Source of the DNA: a virus
Strand: one strand, 5' to 3'
Virus record (IMG/VR): IMGVR_UViG_3300008120_000016
Coordinates: 1-64,000 of that record
DNA: 64,000 bases
The notes beneath the pieces were generated by a model. It did not search any database, was not told the DNA's origin, and saw nothing but the letters and a program-made list of their open reading frames with translations. Positions 25,643-35,376 of this stretch are shown piece after piece. A program made the position numbers and the translations under genes. The first letter of the stretch is position 1. Each line of letters begins with the position of its first letter.

Positions 25643-25810
25643 ATGGGAGAAGCAAAAATTACAAGAGAAATAAGATATGAACGATTATTACAACTTTCTC
25701 GTGAAAGACATAAGTCTAATATCGAAAAAAAACAAGTAAAAATTGTTTCTCCTATCAATAAAACAATTAATTGGGAAAAATTATCGAATTTTGTAAAAAA
25801 TAAAAAATGA
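25643..25810 (+). CDS. Small basic protein (55 aa)
   Basis: Hand translation MGEAKITREIRYERLLQLSRERHKS...; its stop overlaps the next ATG. Confidence 0.45.
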   Translation: MGEAKITREIRYERLLQLSRERHKSNIEKKQVKIVSPINKTINWEKLSNFVKNKK

Positions 25811-26070
25811 CAATAGATCAATTTAACAAAAAGTACGAAAATCATCTTGAAGATGGTCATTATGGTTTAGCAATTGGTGCACCAGAATTTGTAAAATGGT
25901 TAGACACAAAATTTGAAGAATTTATTAAAAAACCTGATTTTAAATTTTCACAAATTAAAGCAAAGTTTGGCTATGGTCGTTTCTACTGCGAAGGATTAAC
26001 CAATGAAGAAATTTATGAAGTAGAACAAAAGATAACAGATTTACATTCAGGTACAAAATTAGAATTTTAA
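25807..26070 (+). CDS. Conserved phage protein
   Basis: QIKAKFGYGRFY motif (QIKEKFG-LRFY family). Confidence 0.65.
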   Translation: MTIDQFNKKYENHLEDGHYGLAIGAPEFVKWLDTKFEEFIKKPDFKFSQIKAKFGYGRFYCEGLTNEEIYEVEQKITDLHSGTKLEF

Positions 26071-26168
26071 TGAAAACCTCAAAACGATTAGTTGTTGAAA
26101 CAATAGTATTTACTATTTTATGGATAACTGTAGCAACATGTCTTTATTACTTATGTAAAATTTAAAAT

Positions 26169-26426
26169 ATGTCATATTTTTTATCATTTTTAAGTGTATT
26201 TACAGCTGTATTGATTGCAGACATATGTTGGACTTTCTATTTTATTAAAATAGAAGAAAGGAAATCTGTTGGTGCAGGTTTATGGGGAGCCGGAGTATAT
26301 GTTTGTGGTGCATTTGCAGTTATACACTATACAACTGATAAAACTATGATAATTCCAGCAGTGTTAGGTGCATTTATAGGTACATGGGCTACAATAGAAT
26401 ATAAAAAAAGAAAAGAAAAAAAATAA
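26169..26426 (+). CDS. Small three-TM membrane protein
   Basis: Hydrophobic; GAFIGT motif. Confidence 0.6.
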   Translation: MSYFLSFLSVFTAVLIADICWTFYFIKIEERKSVGAGLWGAGVYVCGAFAVIHYTTDKTMIIPAVLGAFIGTWATIEYKKRKEKK

Positions 26427-26429
26427 ATT

Positions 26430-26810
26430 ATGTCTCATCCCTTACATCATTCAATTTCATCACAGAAAAAATGGGGAGGATTAGTAGATGATTACTTGCC
26501 CATACACAATTGGTTTGATGAAACCAAAGCTCATTACCCAGACATGAGACATCGTACCCTCAGACATCACGCTGAGGGTATTTTTTGGTGTGAAGAAAAG
26601 TTTGGAGTGTATATAACAAACTCTGATGGTAAAATGGTACCAGTAAGAGCATTAGGAGAACAACATGTAAAAGAAGATATTGGGTTTATTCCAACTATCA
26701 AAGAATATCTAGACAACATGAATATTGTTGGCTGGATGTATAAACCAGGAGATGGTAGAGCAATCGTAAAAGAAATAAACGAAAAAAAATTAGACTATGT
26801 CACTAAGTAA
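26430..26810 (+). CDS. His-rich conserved protein (DUF6915-like)
   Basis: HPLHHSISS...WGG...IHNWFD...RHR.LRHH.EGIF...EQHV.ED. Confidence 0.7.
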   Translation: MSHPLHHSISSQKKWGGLVDDYLPIHNWFDETKAHYPDMRHRTLRHHAEGIFWCEEKFGVYITNSDGKMVPVRALGEQHVKEDIGFIPTIKEYLDNMNIVGWMYKPGDGRAIVKEINEKKLDYVTK

Positions 26811-27513
26811 AAAAGCAGCAAAAGCTAAAAAAATAGAAGTAAAACTATCAGTACTTGAATGGTGTAAACAACAAGTAAAAGATGGAAAAGAACTTGTAAT
26901 CCACTGGGAAGGTGGTGGAGATTCAGGATGGGCACATTTTGAAATTGATGGACAAACTGTAGATAATGAATATACAGATCATCTTGTAGATATGATGTAT
27001 TCAGAACTTGATTATGGATCATGGGCAGGTGAATTTAATGCAACAGGTTTTGCAAAATTTGATCCAGCAGAAAATGCATTTGTAGGAATTGATGATTATC
27101 AAGAAGATGAAAGAATATGTTATGACTGTAACATTTCTTTTAAAGTTCCTAACAGTTTATGGTATGATAGAATACATTATCGTATAGAATGTAGTGCTGA
27201 TGAATCTGTATCAACTGAGATAGACTTTGCTATACAAAATGGATTTCTTAGTGATGAGCATAAAGAAATGGAACGGGTTCTTCAAGATGTACTTGATGAT
27301 GAAATACCAAAACTTATAGAGAAGTTTATTGAAGAAGGTAATGAATTTAGAGATATCTGGGAATCTGAAATGTTCTTAAAAACAGATGGTGAAGATAAAG
27401 GTGCTTATACTGAATTTAAAATAACAGAAATTGGTATAGGTACGTATAGATCTCAAGAAAAAGAAATAGTTCTTTATATTGAAGAAGATGAAATTGTTTC
27501 CGAAGATTTCTAA
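26797..27513 (+). CDS. Acidic protein (DUF6878-like N-terminus)
   Basis: WEGGGDSG...YGSWAGEF..G motif. Confidence 0.6.
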   Translation: MSLSKKAAKAKKIEVKLSVLEWCKQQVKDGKELVIHWEGGGDSGWAHFEIDGQTVDNEYTDHLVDMMYSELDYGSWAGEFNATGFAKFDPAENAFVGIDDYQEDERICYDCNISFKVPNSLWYDRIHYRIECSADESVSTEIDFAIQNGFLSDEHKEMERVLQDVLDDEIPKLIEKFIEEGNEFRDIWESEMFLKTDGEDKGAYTEFKITEIGIGTYRSQEKEIVLYIEEDEIVSEDF

Positions 27514-27525
27514 AAATTAATTGTT

Positions 27526-28248
27526 ATGAATTACGATAAACAAACGTATACAGTAAATAATAGAGAAGGTTTTTCATTGACAGATGCTTTACGTCTTTGG
27601 AAAACTAAATATGCAGAATTAAAAGACTTTAAAGAAGATGTAATTAAACATCCTAGTCTTAATGACTTTAGTCAATTTGTAGAAGATTCTTGGGATAATA
27701 TTGAACCTTTTAAAGTAGAAGATGCATTAAAGATAGAAAATGCAGAAGAAAGACGTACTTATTTTGATTGTATAGGTGTAGAAAAACTGTTCAAACAGCT
27801 TAGTCCAAAGCTTAGAGATAGACAAGAAATTACTAAGAAAAGAGCTAATTGGGACGAGGATAATAAAGAAAATTTTCGTACCTTTAAAGATGTATATGAG
27901 CTCTATGAAATAGAAGGTACAAAGCTTTATGACAAAGATAAGTGGGGTAGAACACCTAATCCAGTGTTTGCTGTACGTTGCTGGTGTACAACCACTGATA
28001 GAGAATATTGGTTGTATGTAAATAACCAAGCAGCTACAGGAAATAGTTGGTGGTCAGAACAAGCAGATAATGAATACGATGCTATACGTGCAATTGCTTG
28101 GACTATACGTATAGATATCACTAACCCTGAAAGAATATATAGACAGGGTGATGTGATTATAGTTAAAAAGTCTGATAAAAGTAAAGATGTAAGTCCCTAT
28201 CATCTGGAAAAAAAACAATATCTTGATTTAATGTATTCAGAAACTTAA
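27526..28248 (+). CDS. Conserved hypothetical protein
   Basis: NAEERR..FDCIG and AVRCWCTTTDREYWLYV...DAIRAIAWT motifs. Confidence 0.65.
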   Translation: MNYDKQTYTVNNREGFSLTDALRLWKTKYAELKDFKEDVIKHPSLNDFSQFVEDSWDNIEPFKVEDALKIENAEERRTYFDCIGVEKLFKQLSPKLRDRQEITKKRANWDEDNKENFRTFKDVYELYEIEGTKLYDKDKWGRTPNPVFAVRCWCTTTDREYWLYVNNQAATGNSWWSEQADNEYDAIRAIAWTIRIDITNPERIYRQGDVIIVKKSDKSKDVSPYHLEKKQYLDLMYSET

Positions 28249-28253
28249 TAGTT

Positions 28254-28733
28254 ATGGAAGAAAGATTAATTGGTCATGTAGGAGTTGATTCAGGTCAGCT
28301 CCTACTATGTGACCCATGTTATATAGAATCAGAATGGGAAAAAGAAGAATTTGCTGATATCAGAGTATATGAGCATAAAGTAACCAAAGATCGTTTGACA
28401 TTTGGTAAAGACTTTCCACATTATCAACACCCCATTGATAGGTATGATGGAAAGAATATGAATGAGCTAAATGCCACGGGTGAGTGGATTGAAATAGATA
28501 GACCAAATGCTATACATAATTTTAGTTATAACGCATGTTGTCAAGCTACATTATCTAATGAAGGACATGGTCAATTGAAATATAAAATGGGACATGCAGG
28601 TGTTGGTGTAGCATTTAGAACAGCATTTGGAGATGGTGTATATCCTGTATATGCTAAATATACTGATGATGGTACATTGAAAAGTGTAGAAGTAGTATTT
28701 TGGGAAGATGATGAAGAAGAAACTAATCCTTAA
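28254..28733 (+). CDS. DUF4241-like protein
   Basis: GVDSGQ...DPCY...FGDGVYPVYA motifs. Confidence 0.6.
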   Translation: MEERLIGHVGVDSGQLLLCDPCYIESEWEKEEFADIRVYEHKVTKDRLTFGKDFPHYQHPIDRYDGKNMNELNATGEWIEIDRPNAIHNFSYNACCQATLSNEGHGQLKYKMGHAGVGVAFRTAFGDGVYPVYAKYTDDGTLKSVEVVFWEDDEEETNP

Positions 28734-28974
28734 ATTAAATAAAATGGCAACAAAAAAAGAAACAGTTGATTTACAAAAAGTTTATGATAAGCTTGTAGAG
28801 CTTACAAATCAATTAATTGAAGCAACTGAAAAATTAGTTGATATTAAAGATGATACAGAATTAACAATTGCCGGAGCTGGTTTTAAAGCTGGTCAAGCAT
28901 ACGCAATTGTTGACAAAGTAGCAGAAGAACTTGAGGAGTTATCAGATGAAATTGATTATAAAATTAATCCTTAA
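28708..28974 (+). CDS. Hypothetical helical protein
   Basis: True start probably MATKKET (28744). Confidence 0.55.
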   Translation: MMKKKLILKLNKMATKKETVDLQKVYDKLVELTNQLIEATEKLVDIKDDTELTIAGAGFKAGQAYAIVDKVAEELEELSDEIDYKINP

Positions 28975-28985
28975 AATTAAATAGT

Positions 28986-29252
28986 ATGCAAAAGAAAACT
29001 TCAAAAGTTCTTGTCCTTGGACAAGGTGAAGGAAGAGATGCTACAGGAGAAATTAAAAAGCATGTTCTTGCTAGTAATTCTGGTATTCAATATGAACAAC
29101 ATAGAGAATCTATTGACTTTGAACTCAAAGCATTAGGTGTGCTTACACATGATGAGCATGCTAAAATGGTGTTTGAAGCAGGTCAATACAGAAGTTATAA
29201 TCAAGTGGAATTTAATCCATTTGATCAAACTGTACAAAGAGTATTTGATTAA
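28986..29252 (+). CDS. Small beta-rich protein with H..H and HDEH motifs
   Basis: GEG...KHVL...LTHDEHAKMVFEAGQY...QVEFNPF. Confidence 0.65.
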   Translation: MQKKTSKVLVLGQGEGRDATGEIKKHVLASNSGIQYEQHRESIDFELKALGVLTHDEHAKMVFEAGQYRSYNQVEFNPFDQTVQRVFD

Positions 29253-29261
29253 TAAAAAGTT

Positions 29262-30353
29262 ATGACCGAAAGAGAAAAAGTTCAGAACGATGCACTGAAC
29301 ATAGCTATTGGGAAGAATCGTTGTGGACTTGGAATCAGCATGGGTGTTGGTAAAACACTCATCGGTTTAAATTATATTGACTATTTACAAGGGGTTAATA
29401 TTAGGAAGCAAAGGGTGCTAGTAGTAGCACCCAAACTTTCTATATTTGATTCTTGGAAAAATGATGCTGAAAAGTTCAATATAAACATTGAAGATGTAGA
29501 GTTTACAACATATCTTTCTTTGCATAAAAAAGATCCAAATGATTATGATGTAGTGGTACTTGACGAATGTCATAGTTTGTTATATCCTCATCAATCTTTT
29601 TTAGGTGTATTTACTGGTAGAATACTAGGTCTTACCGGCACTCCTCCAAGACATCAGAATTCAGAAAAAGGAGAAATGGTAAATAAATATTGTCCGATAT
29701 CATTTCGTTATATAACTGATGATGCTATTGAAAGCAATATTTTAAATGACTATAGAATACTAGTTCATAAAATAAGACTTGGTAGTGCAAATAATTTGGA
29801 AGTAAATCTAAAGAATAAATCATTTTACACATCAGAACAAAAGAATTATTCTTATTGGACTCAAAGAATAATGGATGCTAATACTAAAAAACAAGAGCAA
29901 ATAGCGTCTATTATGAGAATGAAAGCTATGATGGAATATAAAACAAAAGAACAATATGCTAAACAACTATTAAACGAAATAGACGAAAAGTGTATTGTAT
30001 TTTGTAACACTCAAGAACAAGCTGATAGAATGTGTAATTTTTCATATCATTCTACAAATCCTGAATCTGAAGAAAATTTGGAAATGTTTAAGAATGATAA
30101 GATTGAAAAATTATCTTGTGTTTTGCAACTTAACGAAGGTGTGAATATTCCAAATCTTAGAGCTGGTATTATTATGCATTCATATGGTAATGAAAGAAAA
30201 TCATCTCAAAGAATTGGTAGATTATTGAGATTAAATCCGGATGAAACAGCTATAGTACACGTATTATGTTATGCAGGTACAGTAGATGAAAAATGGGTTG
30301 ATTCAGCATTAAAAGATTTTGATCAATCAAAAATTAAATATTTTAACAAATGA
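29262..30353 (+). CDS. SF2 (DExH) helicase
   Basis: MGVGKT, VVLDECH, GLTGTP, LNEGVNIP and QRIGRLLR motifs. Confidence 0.92.
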   Translation: MTEREKVQNDALNIAIGKNRCGLGISMGVGKTLIGLNYIDYLQGVNIRKQRVLVVAPKLSIFDSWKNDAEKFNINIEDVEFTTYLSLHKKDPNDYDVVVLDECHSLLYPHQSFLGVFTGRILGLTGTPPRHQNSEKGEMVNKYCPISFRYITDDAIESNILNDYRILVHKIRLGSANNLEVNLKNKSFYTSEQKNYSYWTQRIMDANTKKQEQIASIMRMKAMMEYKTKEQYAKQLLNEIDEKCIVFCNTQEQADRMCNFSYHSTNPESEENLEMFKNDKIEKLSCVLQLNEGVNIPNLRAGIIMHSYGNERKSSQRIGRLLRLNPDETAIVHVLCYAGTVDEKWVDSALKDFDQSKIKYFNK

Positions 30354-30742
30354 ATCATTTGTATATAAAATGCATTAAAGAAAATAATATACTTAAACCA
30401 GTATCATTAGCAGGATTAAAACAAAAAGAAGTATTTTTATCAGCTATACCTGATAAAGCAATAGTAGAATGTTTTTATGAAGTTCAGCATGATGATGGTA
30501 CATTACCACAACTTGCAAAGCTACACGTAATGATTAAACAATTATCTACTCATATAGGTGAAACGGCAGAAAATATGAAGCTGTTAATAAAAGATAGAGC
30601 TGGACTATGTATAGCTAGAGAAGTAGCAGGTAAAGAATATTTTCTTGCTAAATCATTTGGTGATTGCTCTAGGGACGAATTGTCCCTAGCAATACAAGCA
30701 GCTATAGAGATAGGACAAGAAGTTAATTTTATACTTTACTAG
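30350..30742 (+). CDS. NinB/Orf-like recombination protein
   Basis: QLAKLHVMIKQLS..IG...MK...KSFGDCSRDELS pattern (inference). Confidence 0.5.
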   Translation: MNHLYIKCIKENNILKPVSLAGLKQKEVFLSAIPDKAIVECFYEVQHDDGTLPQLAKLHVMIKQLSTHIGETAENMKLLIKDRAGLCIAREVAGKEYFLAKSFGDCSRDELSLAIQAAIEIGQEVNFILY

Positions 30743-31070
30743 CAAGACCCATAATCTCATCGTAAGTTGCATTTCTTGTTAATCCTTGATCCATAGCTGA
30801 TTTTTCAACAGTATTGATTAACAAACCTAGTGTAGTTACGTGATCTTTCCATTCTTCTTTAAAATGAGGATTAGGAACATCTTTTAATGCTTCAGCTTCT
30901 TTCTTATACTGTTCAAATTCTTCTTTTGTTTTGTCTTTTACTAAAAAATGCAAAGCTTGTTGTAATCTTTTAACATAACCAGTACCCAATTTTACAGTGA
31001 TTATGGCATCTTTGTTAATTACAGGATAAGTGAGTTTTTTTAACTCTTCCTCGCTTAAATTTTCATACAT
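30729..31070 (-). CDS. Hypothetical protein, lone antisense gene
   Basis: 113 aa; has its own TAAATTTG box at 31088-31095 (minus strand). Confidence 0.6.
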   Translation of the reverse strand: MYENLSEEELKKLTYPVINKDAIITVKLGTGYVKRLQQALHFLVKDKTKEEFEQYKKEAEALKDVPNPHFKEEWKDHVTTLGLLINTVEKSAMDQGLTRNATYDEIMGLASKV

Positions 31071-31105
31071 AATGGTATATTTTGAAACAAATTTAATCTA
31101 AAATT

Positions 31106-31822
31106 ATGACAGAACAAGTAAATCTTGAAGATGTTAAATTAAAACTTATTGAGAAGCTCAAACCTTCAGGTTGGGCTGGTAAACTGAAAGGATTTGTACA
31201 AAGTTCAGACTTTGACAAAATCTTAAAAGTGTTATATAAATTAAGAGAAGATGGTAAAAGGTTTACTCCACCTCTTAAATATGTATTTAGAGCATTTGAA
31301 GAGTGTCCTATAAATGATCTTAAAGTGGTAATGATTGGACAAGATCCATATCCACAACTTGGTGTAGCTGATGGCATATCTTTTTCTTGTAGTTTAACTG
31401 GTAAACCACAACCAAGTTTAAGACATATACTTCGTGCAGTGAATGAAACTGTACATGGGGAAATTGCTATAGATTATGATCCGGATCTTAAAAGATGGTC
31501 TAATCAAGGTGTATTAATGCTTAATTCAGCTCTTACGTGTGAAATAGATAAGATAGGTTCACATGTACCTATATGGAAAGAGTTTACAGCTTATGTATTA
31601 GATATACTAAACTATACAAATTCAGGACTAATATTTGTTTTGCTAGGTAAGCAATCTCAAGAGTTTGAATCATTAATTGGTCATCAGCATCATATTTTAA
31701 AAGTATCACATCCTGCATCAGCTGCGTATAGTGGTGGTAAATGGGATTGTAATGATGTATTTAATGAAATAAACAAAATAATCATAGGGCAAAATGGTAA
31801 AGATTTTGCTATTAAGTGGTAA
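31106..31822 (+). CDS. ung: Uracil-DNA glycosylase (family 1)
   Basis: KVVMIGQDPYP, GVLMLNSALT and VSHPASA motifs. Confidence 0.93.
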   Translation: MTEQVNLEDVKLKLIEKLKPSGWAGKLKGFVQSSDFDKILKVLYKLREDGKRFTPPLKYVFRAFEECPINDLKVVMIGQDPYPQLGVADGISFSCSLTGKPQPSLRHILRAVNETVHGEIAIDYDPDLKRWSNQGVLMLNSALTCEIDKIGSHVPIWKEFTAYVLDILNYTNSGLIFVLLGKQSQEFESLIGHQHHILKVSHPASAAYSGGKWDCNDVFNEINKIIIGQNGKDFAIKW

Positions 31823-31844
31823 TAACGGCTAATAACTAGTAATA

Positions 31845-31997
31845 ATGACAATAACTCTGGAAAATTTAGAAGACTTTAAAAAGCTATATGATGAAGCAAT
31901 TAAATCAGATAGTAAATATTTTGAATATGAAGGTCAACTAGTATTGACACATTATGCTAAGTATGTAATTGAATATTTAACAAACCAAAAAAAATAA
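31845..31997 (+). CDS. Small conserved phage protein (50 aa)
   Basis: Hand translation MTITLENLEDFKKLYDEAIKSDSKYFEYEGQLVLTHYAKYVIEYL... Confidence 0.55.
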   Translation: MTITLENLEDFKKLYDEAIKSDSKYFEYEGQLVLTHYAKYVIEYLTNQKK

Positions 31998-32000
31998 AAA

Positions 32001-32354
32001 ATGGCTATTAACAAAGTAGATTTAACAGTATCTCAATTATTAAATGACCTCAGTGAAGGTTTAACTTGGTTAAAGAAAGACGATCTTGGATATGGATCGA
32101 TTGAAGCAAAATATGGTGCTAATGAAAAACAAATCTTAGCTATTAGAAAGCATCCAAAGCTTAAAGATGCTGAAACAAATATTACTATATTTAATATTAT
32201 AGATGATACACAATCTTCAGCCTCCAAAGAATCTCAAACTTCCGGGTCAAGTTCAGATATGGAACAACAAAAAAATGATCTGGGCAGTGTTCAAACAAGA
32301 ATGGATAGAGTTGAAACCGCATTGGAAGCAGCTGACGTCTTTGCACAACTATGA
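32001..32354 (+). CDS. Hypothetical protein
   Basis: 117 aa; LKKDDLGYGSI...IRKHPKLK. Confidence 0.6.
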   Translation: MAINKVDLTVSQLLNDLSEGLTWLKKDDLGYGSIEAKYGANEKQILAIRKHPKLKDAETNITIFNIIDDTQSSASKESQTSGSSSDMEQQKNDLGSVQTRMDRVETALEAADVFAQL

Positions 32355-32358
32355 TAAT

Positions 32359-33717
32359 ATGAGTAATAATAGAGCAAATAGACCTAGTCCATCTGTCAGT
32401 GCAACAGTTCATTTAGCTGGAACTGTATTAGAAGGTAATGATGGTAGATTTTGGATGGTACAAGCAAATTCAGCAGGTGTAAAAAGATGGGTTCCTACTA
32501 GTCTTAAAATACCTAATGCTCAACAAGCAACAGCATCCGTACAAACTCCAAAACCGCAAATAGAAAAACTTTTACAAAATTTTAAACAATCACAAATGTC
32601 AAAAACTAAGACAATTACTAAGAGAACAACTCAAGAAGTAAGACACATTGAGACTTCCTTGATTAATAAGGAAGAAGTATTTAAGATGTTAGCATTAGCA
32701 GAAGCCACAGGATTACCGTTATTGTTAGTAGGTGAACCAGGTGTTGCTAAAACTAAAACTATTATCGAGTATGCTAAAGCGTGGTTAAATAGAGATGGTA
32801 AAATGACAGCTGAGGACTTTGCTAATAAAATGTACATCTTAGAAACTGATGAGGGTACTAAAGCATCAGAAATTAAGGGTATGCCAGATCTTGGTAAGTT
32901 ATTTACTCAAAATACTTATGAGATCAGTGCTCCTGTAGCAGAAGCAGACATTGTGATTATTAACGAGGTAGATAAGGCATCTAGTGCAATTCGTAATGCT
33001 ATGCTAGGTGTAATGAACGAGAAGTTTCTGTTTAATGGTAAGCATAAAATCCCTTGTAAATGGAAATTATTCATTGCAACTTGTAATGAAATTCCTAAAG
33101 AAGAAGAAAATTCTCCTTTTTGGGATCGTTTTATGCTTAAAATGACTGTTAATCGTGTATCTCCTGGTGAGATGAGTAAGTATTATGCAAAAGGTGCACG
33201 TAACTATCGTGAAAAGTTTGCAATTGGTATTCCTAGTGCAACAGAAATTGAAAGTGTTGAAATATCAAATACCAAGCTGGATAAATATCTTGAAGTAGGT
33301 TATCATAAAAGTTCTGATCGTACATTGACTTTTGTACCAAGACTTGCTAAAGCTGTATCTTATATCTGGGATATCAGTGTAGACAAAGCTCTTGTTAAAA
33401 CTGCTCAGATTATGATTGGTCAAAGTGCCGGTTCAGAGCTTCAAAATAAGTTGCTATCTCCTGAAGTTAAGGCAATTATGTCTAAAGTAGAGATGCTTCA
33501 TTCTCAAAGCAATAATGAAGCACTTGAACTAGCTGTAGCTGAAATTGAGAGCTTGATTAATACTTATGCAACAAGAGGAACAATTGATCAAGGACAAGTA
33601 GAAGAAATCGAAATGTCTTTGGGATATATCCTTGAGAATCACCCAGCTCGTAAAACAGCCCAATTGTCAAGTGAATTTGACAGTGTATTGAACGAATCAG
33701 TACCTGATCAGATCTAA
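32359..33717 (+). CDS. MoxR/RavA-like AAA+ ATPase with N-terminal extension
   Basis: GEPGVAKT Walker A, IIINEVDKAS Walker B, FWDRF arginine finger; start reassigned to 32359, alternative start at 32596. Confidence 0.88.
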   Translation: MSNNRANRPSPSVSATVHLAGTVLEGNDGRFWMVQANSAGVKRWVPTSLKIPNAQQATASVQTPKPQIEKLLQNFKQSQMSKTKTITKRTTQEVRHIETSLINKEEVFKMLALAEATGLPLLLVGEPGVAKTKTIIEYAKAWLNRDGKMTAEDFANKMYILETDEGTKASEIKGMPDLGKLFTQNTYEISAPVAEADIVIINEVDKASSAIRNAMLGVMNEKFLFNGKHKIPCKWKLFIATCNEIPKEEENSPFWDRFMLKMTVNRVSPGEMSKYYAKGARNYREKFAIGIPSATEIESVEISNTKLDKYLEVGYHKSSDRTLTFVPRLAKAVSYIWDISVDKALVKTAQIMIGQSAGSELQNKLLSPEVKAIMSKVEMLHSQSNNEALELAVAEIESLINTYATRGTIDQGQVEEIEMSLGYILENHPARKTAQLSSEFDSVLNESVPDQI

Positions 33718-33792
33718 TTTTTTCATAAATTGGCAACACTTAGTCCTTATAATACTAATTTAACTAAGTGTTGCTAATTTAAAATTTAATCT

Positions 33793-35286
33793 ATGGCTAA
33801 AGAATATAAAAATGTGTACACCATTTTAGAAAAAGTTAAAAAAGGTGAAATTGACACATATTACAAAGATAGAGATGGTTTATTTGGTCGAATTAACTTT
33901 TACAGAAAACCAGATCTTATTAAACCTCATTTACATTATTTAGATGAATCTAAAATTGAAAACATCTTTGATGCTTATATGACAGATAAAACAAGCATTA
34001 AAGAAAGTTTCAATAAGTTTCAAAAGTTGACTGATTTTAAAAATTTACCTCAAGATCAACAGCCTAATTTTGATAGTTTTTATACAAAGTTTCAAGAAAA
34101 TTATGAAAACTTTCCGGCACATATTGGTAAAGACATTTTTAAAATGTTTTACAATAAAATGGACAAGTTAAATTTTGAAGAAAGAAGTGATAAAAACTAT
34201 GCTCAATTTAAGATTTTAGAAAGATCAAATAATCCTGTGGCTAAAATTATGACTGAGAACTCAAATTTGAGGTCAGCTATTTTTGCTCGTAATCTTGTTA
34301 GTTATTTTATAACTAGGATGACTATGATGGAATATATTGATCCAAATGCTTGTGAAGATTTAAAAAACGGTTTAGAAGGCAAATCTGAATTTGACAATAC
34401 TAATATAGATAATGTATTAGAAACAATGTGTGATTCTCGTTCAGGTAAAAACATGTTAGAAGATGCGTTACAAAAAGCTAAGCAAGATTGTGATAACATT
34501 AATAACACAATGTCTGAAGAATTACAAGAACAAATGTTTGAAGCTGCAGCTGATGACAGAGAAGCCGGCAAACTAAGTCCAGATTATATTCAAACAGTTA
34601 CAAGAAATTTGGAAAAAGTGAATATGTCTATTAATTCACTTAAAAATAAGATTAAGAAACTATTGGATAAATCAATTAGTTATTTTAGCTCTAAGAAAAT
34701 AACTACTTATGAAGATTTATTTAGTAGTGATAATCTAGGTGGCTTAGAAGACTATGAATTACTACATCCAAAACTTCGTAAGTTGTTTGTAGAAGATTTG
34801 CAAATCAAAGACACTAAATCTATTGGTAAAATAAACATTTATATAGATGTTTCAGGATCAATGGGAAGTGGCTGTGGTGTTACAAATCAAAAAGGTGATG
34901 GTATAACCAAAATTGATTTTGCCAAATCATTTGTTGCAATGCTTAAAAAACACGATTTGTTAGATCAAGTTTATATTTTTGACGGTAGAGTTAGAAACTA
35001 TAAAAGTGACATTATTAGCATTGCTATGTTAGGATGTAATGGTGGTACTTCTATTGATACTTGTATGCAACATATTCTAAAAGAAAACAAAAATGCTTTG
35101 ATTATTACAGATGCTGAAGATAGATGCTCTGTATATTCTGATAAAGCATTTTTTATTGGTGTTGCAGGATCTGACTTTACATATTTTAACGAAGATGTTT
35201 TACAAAAATATAGTGAGAACGATCAAATTGTAGTTTTTGATGGTGCTAAAATCATCAAAGTTAACCAGTATGGTCATACTGTATAA
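33793..35286 (+). CDS. von Willebrand factor A domain protein (ViaA-like partner)
   Basis: MIDAS motif IDVSGSM, GGT and IITDAE. Confidence 0.85.
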   Translation: MAKEYKNVYTILEKVKKGEIDTYYKDRDGLFGRINFYRKPDLIKPHLHYLDESKIENIFDAYMTDKTSIKESFNKFQKLTDFKNLPQDQQPNFDSFYTKFQENYENFPAHIGKDIFKMFYNKMDKLNFEERSDKNYAQFKILERSNNPVAKIMTENSNLRSAIFARNLVSYFITRMTMMEYIDPNACEDLKNGLEGKSEFDNTNIDNVLETMCDSRSGKNMLEDALQKAKQDCDNINNTMSEELQEQMFEAAADDREAGKLSPDYIQTVTRNLEKVNMSINSLKNKIKKLLDKSISYFSSKKITTYEDLFSSDNLGGLEDYELLHPKLRKLFVEDLQIKDTKSIGKINIYIDVSGSMGSGCGVTNQKGDGITKIDFAKSFVAMLKKHDLLDQVYIFDGRVRNYKSDIISIAMLGCNGGTSIDTCMQHILKENKNALIITDAEDRCSVYSDKAFFIGVAGSDFTYFNEDVLQKYSENDQIVVFDGAKIIKVNQYGHTV

Positions 35287-35291
35287 ATAAA

Positions 35292-35315
35292 AAGGGCCCC
35301 AATAAAAGGGCCCTT
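35292..35315. terminator. Bidirectional terminator between convergent blocks
   Basis: AAGGGCCC/GGGCCCTT stem flanked by A and T tracts. Confidence 0.65.
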
Positions 35316-35376
35316 ATTTATTTCCTGTAGACAGGCAGGGTAAAGGTAAGGTCTAACAGGATGAGAAAGAGAAATA

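Noticed and set aside
25635-25810. Possible TGA readthrough after the HNH-like gene
   Set aside because: That frame hits TAA within 10 codons; the downstream coding is a separate ORF starting at 25643.
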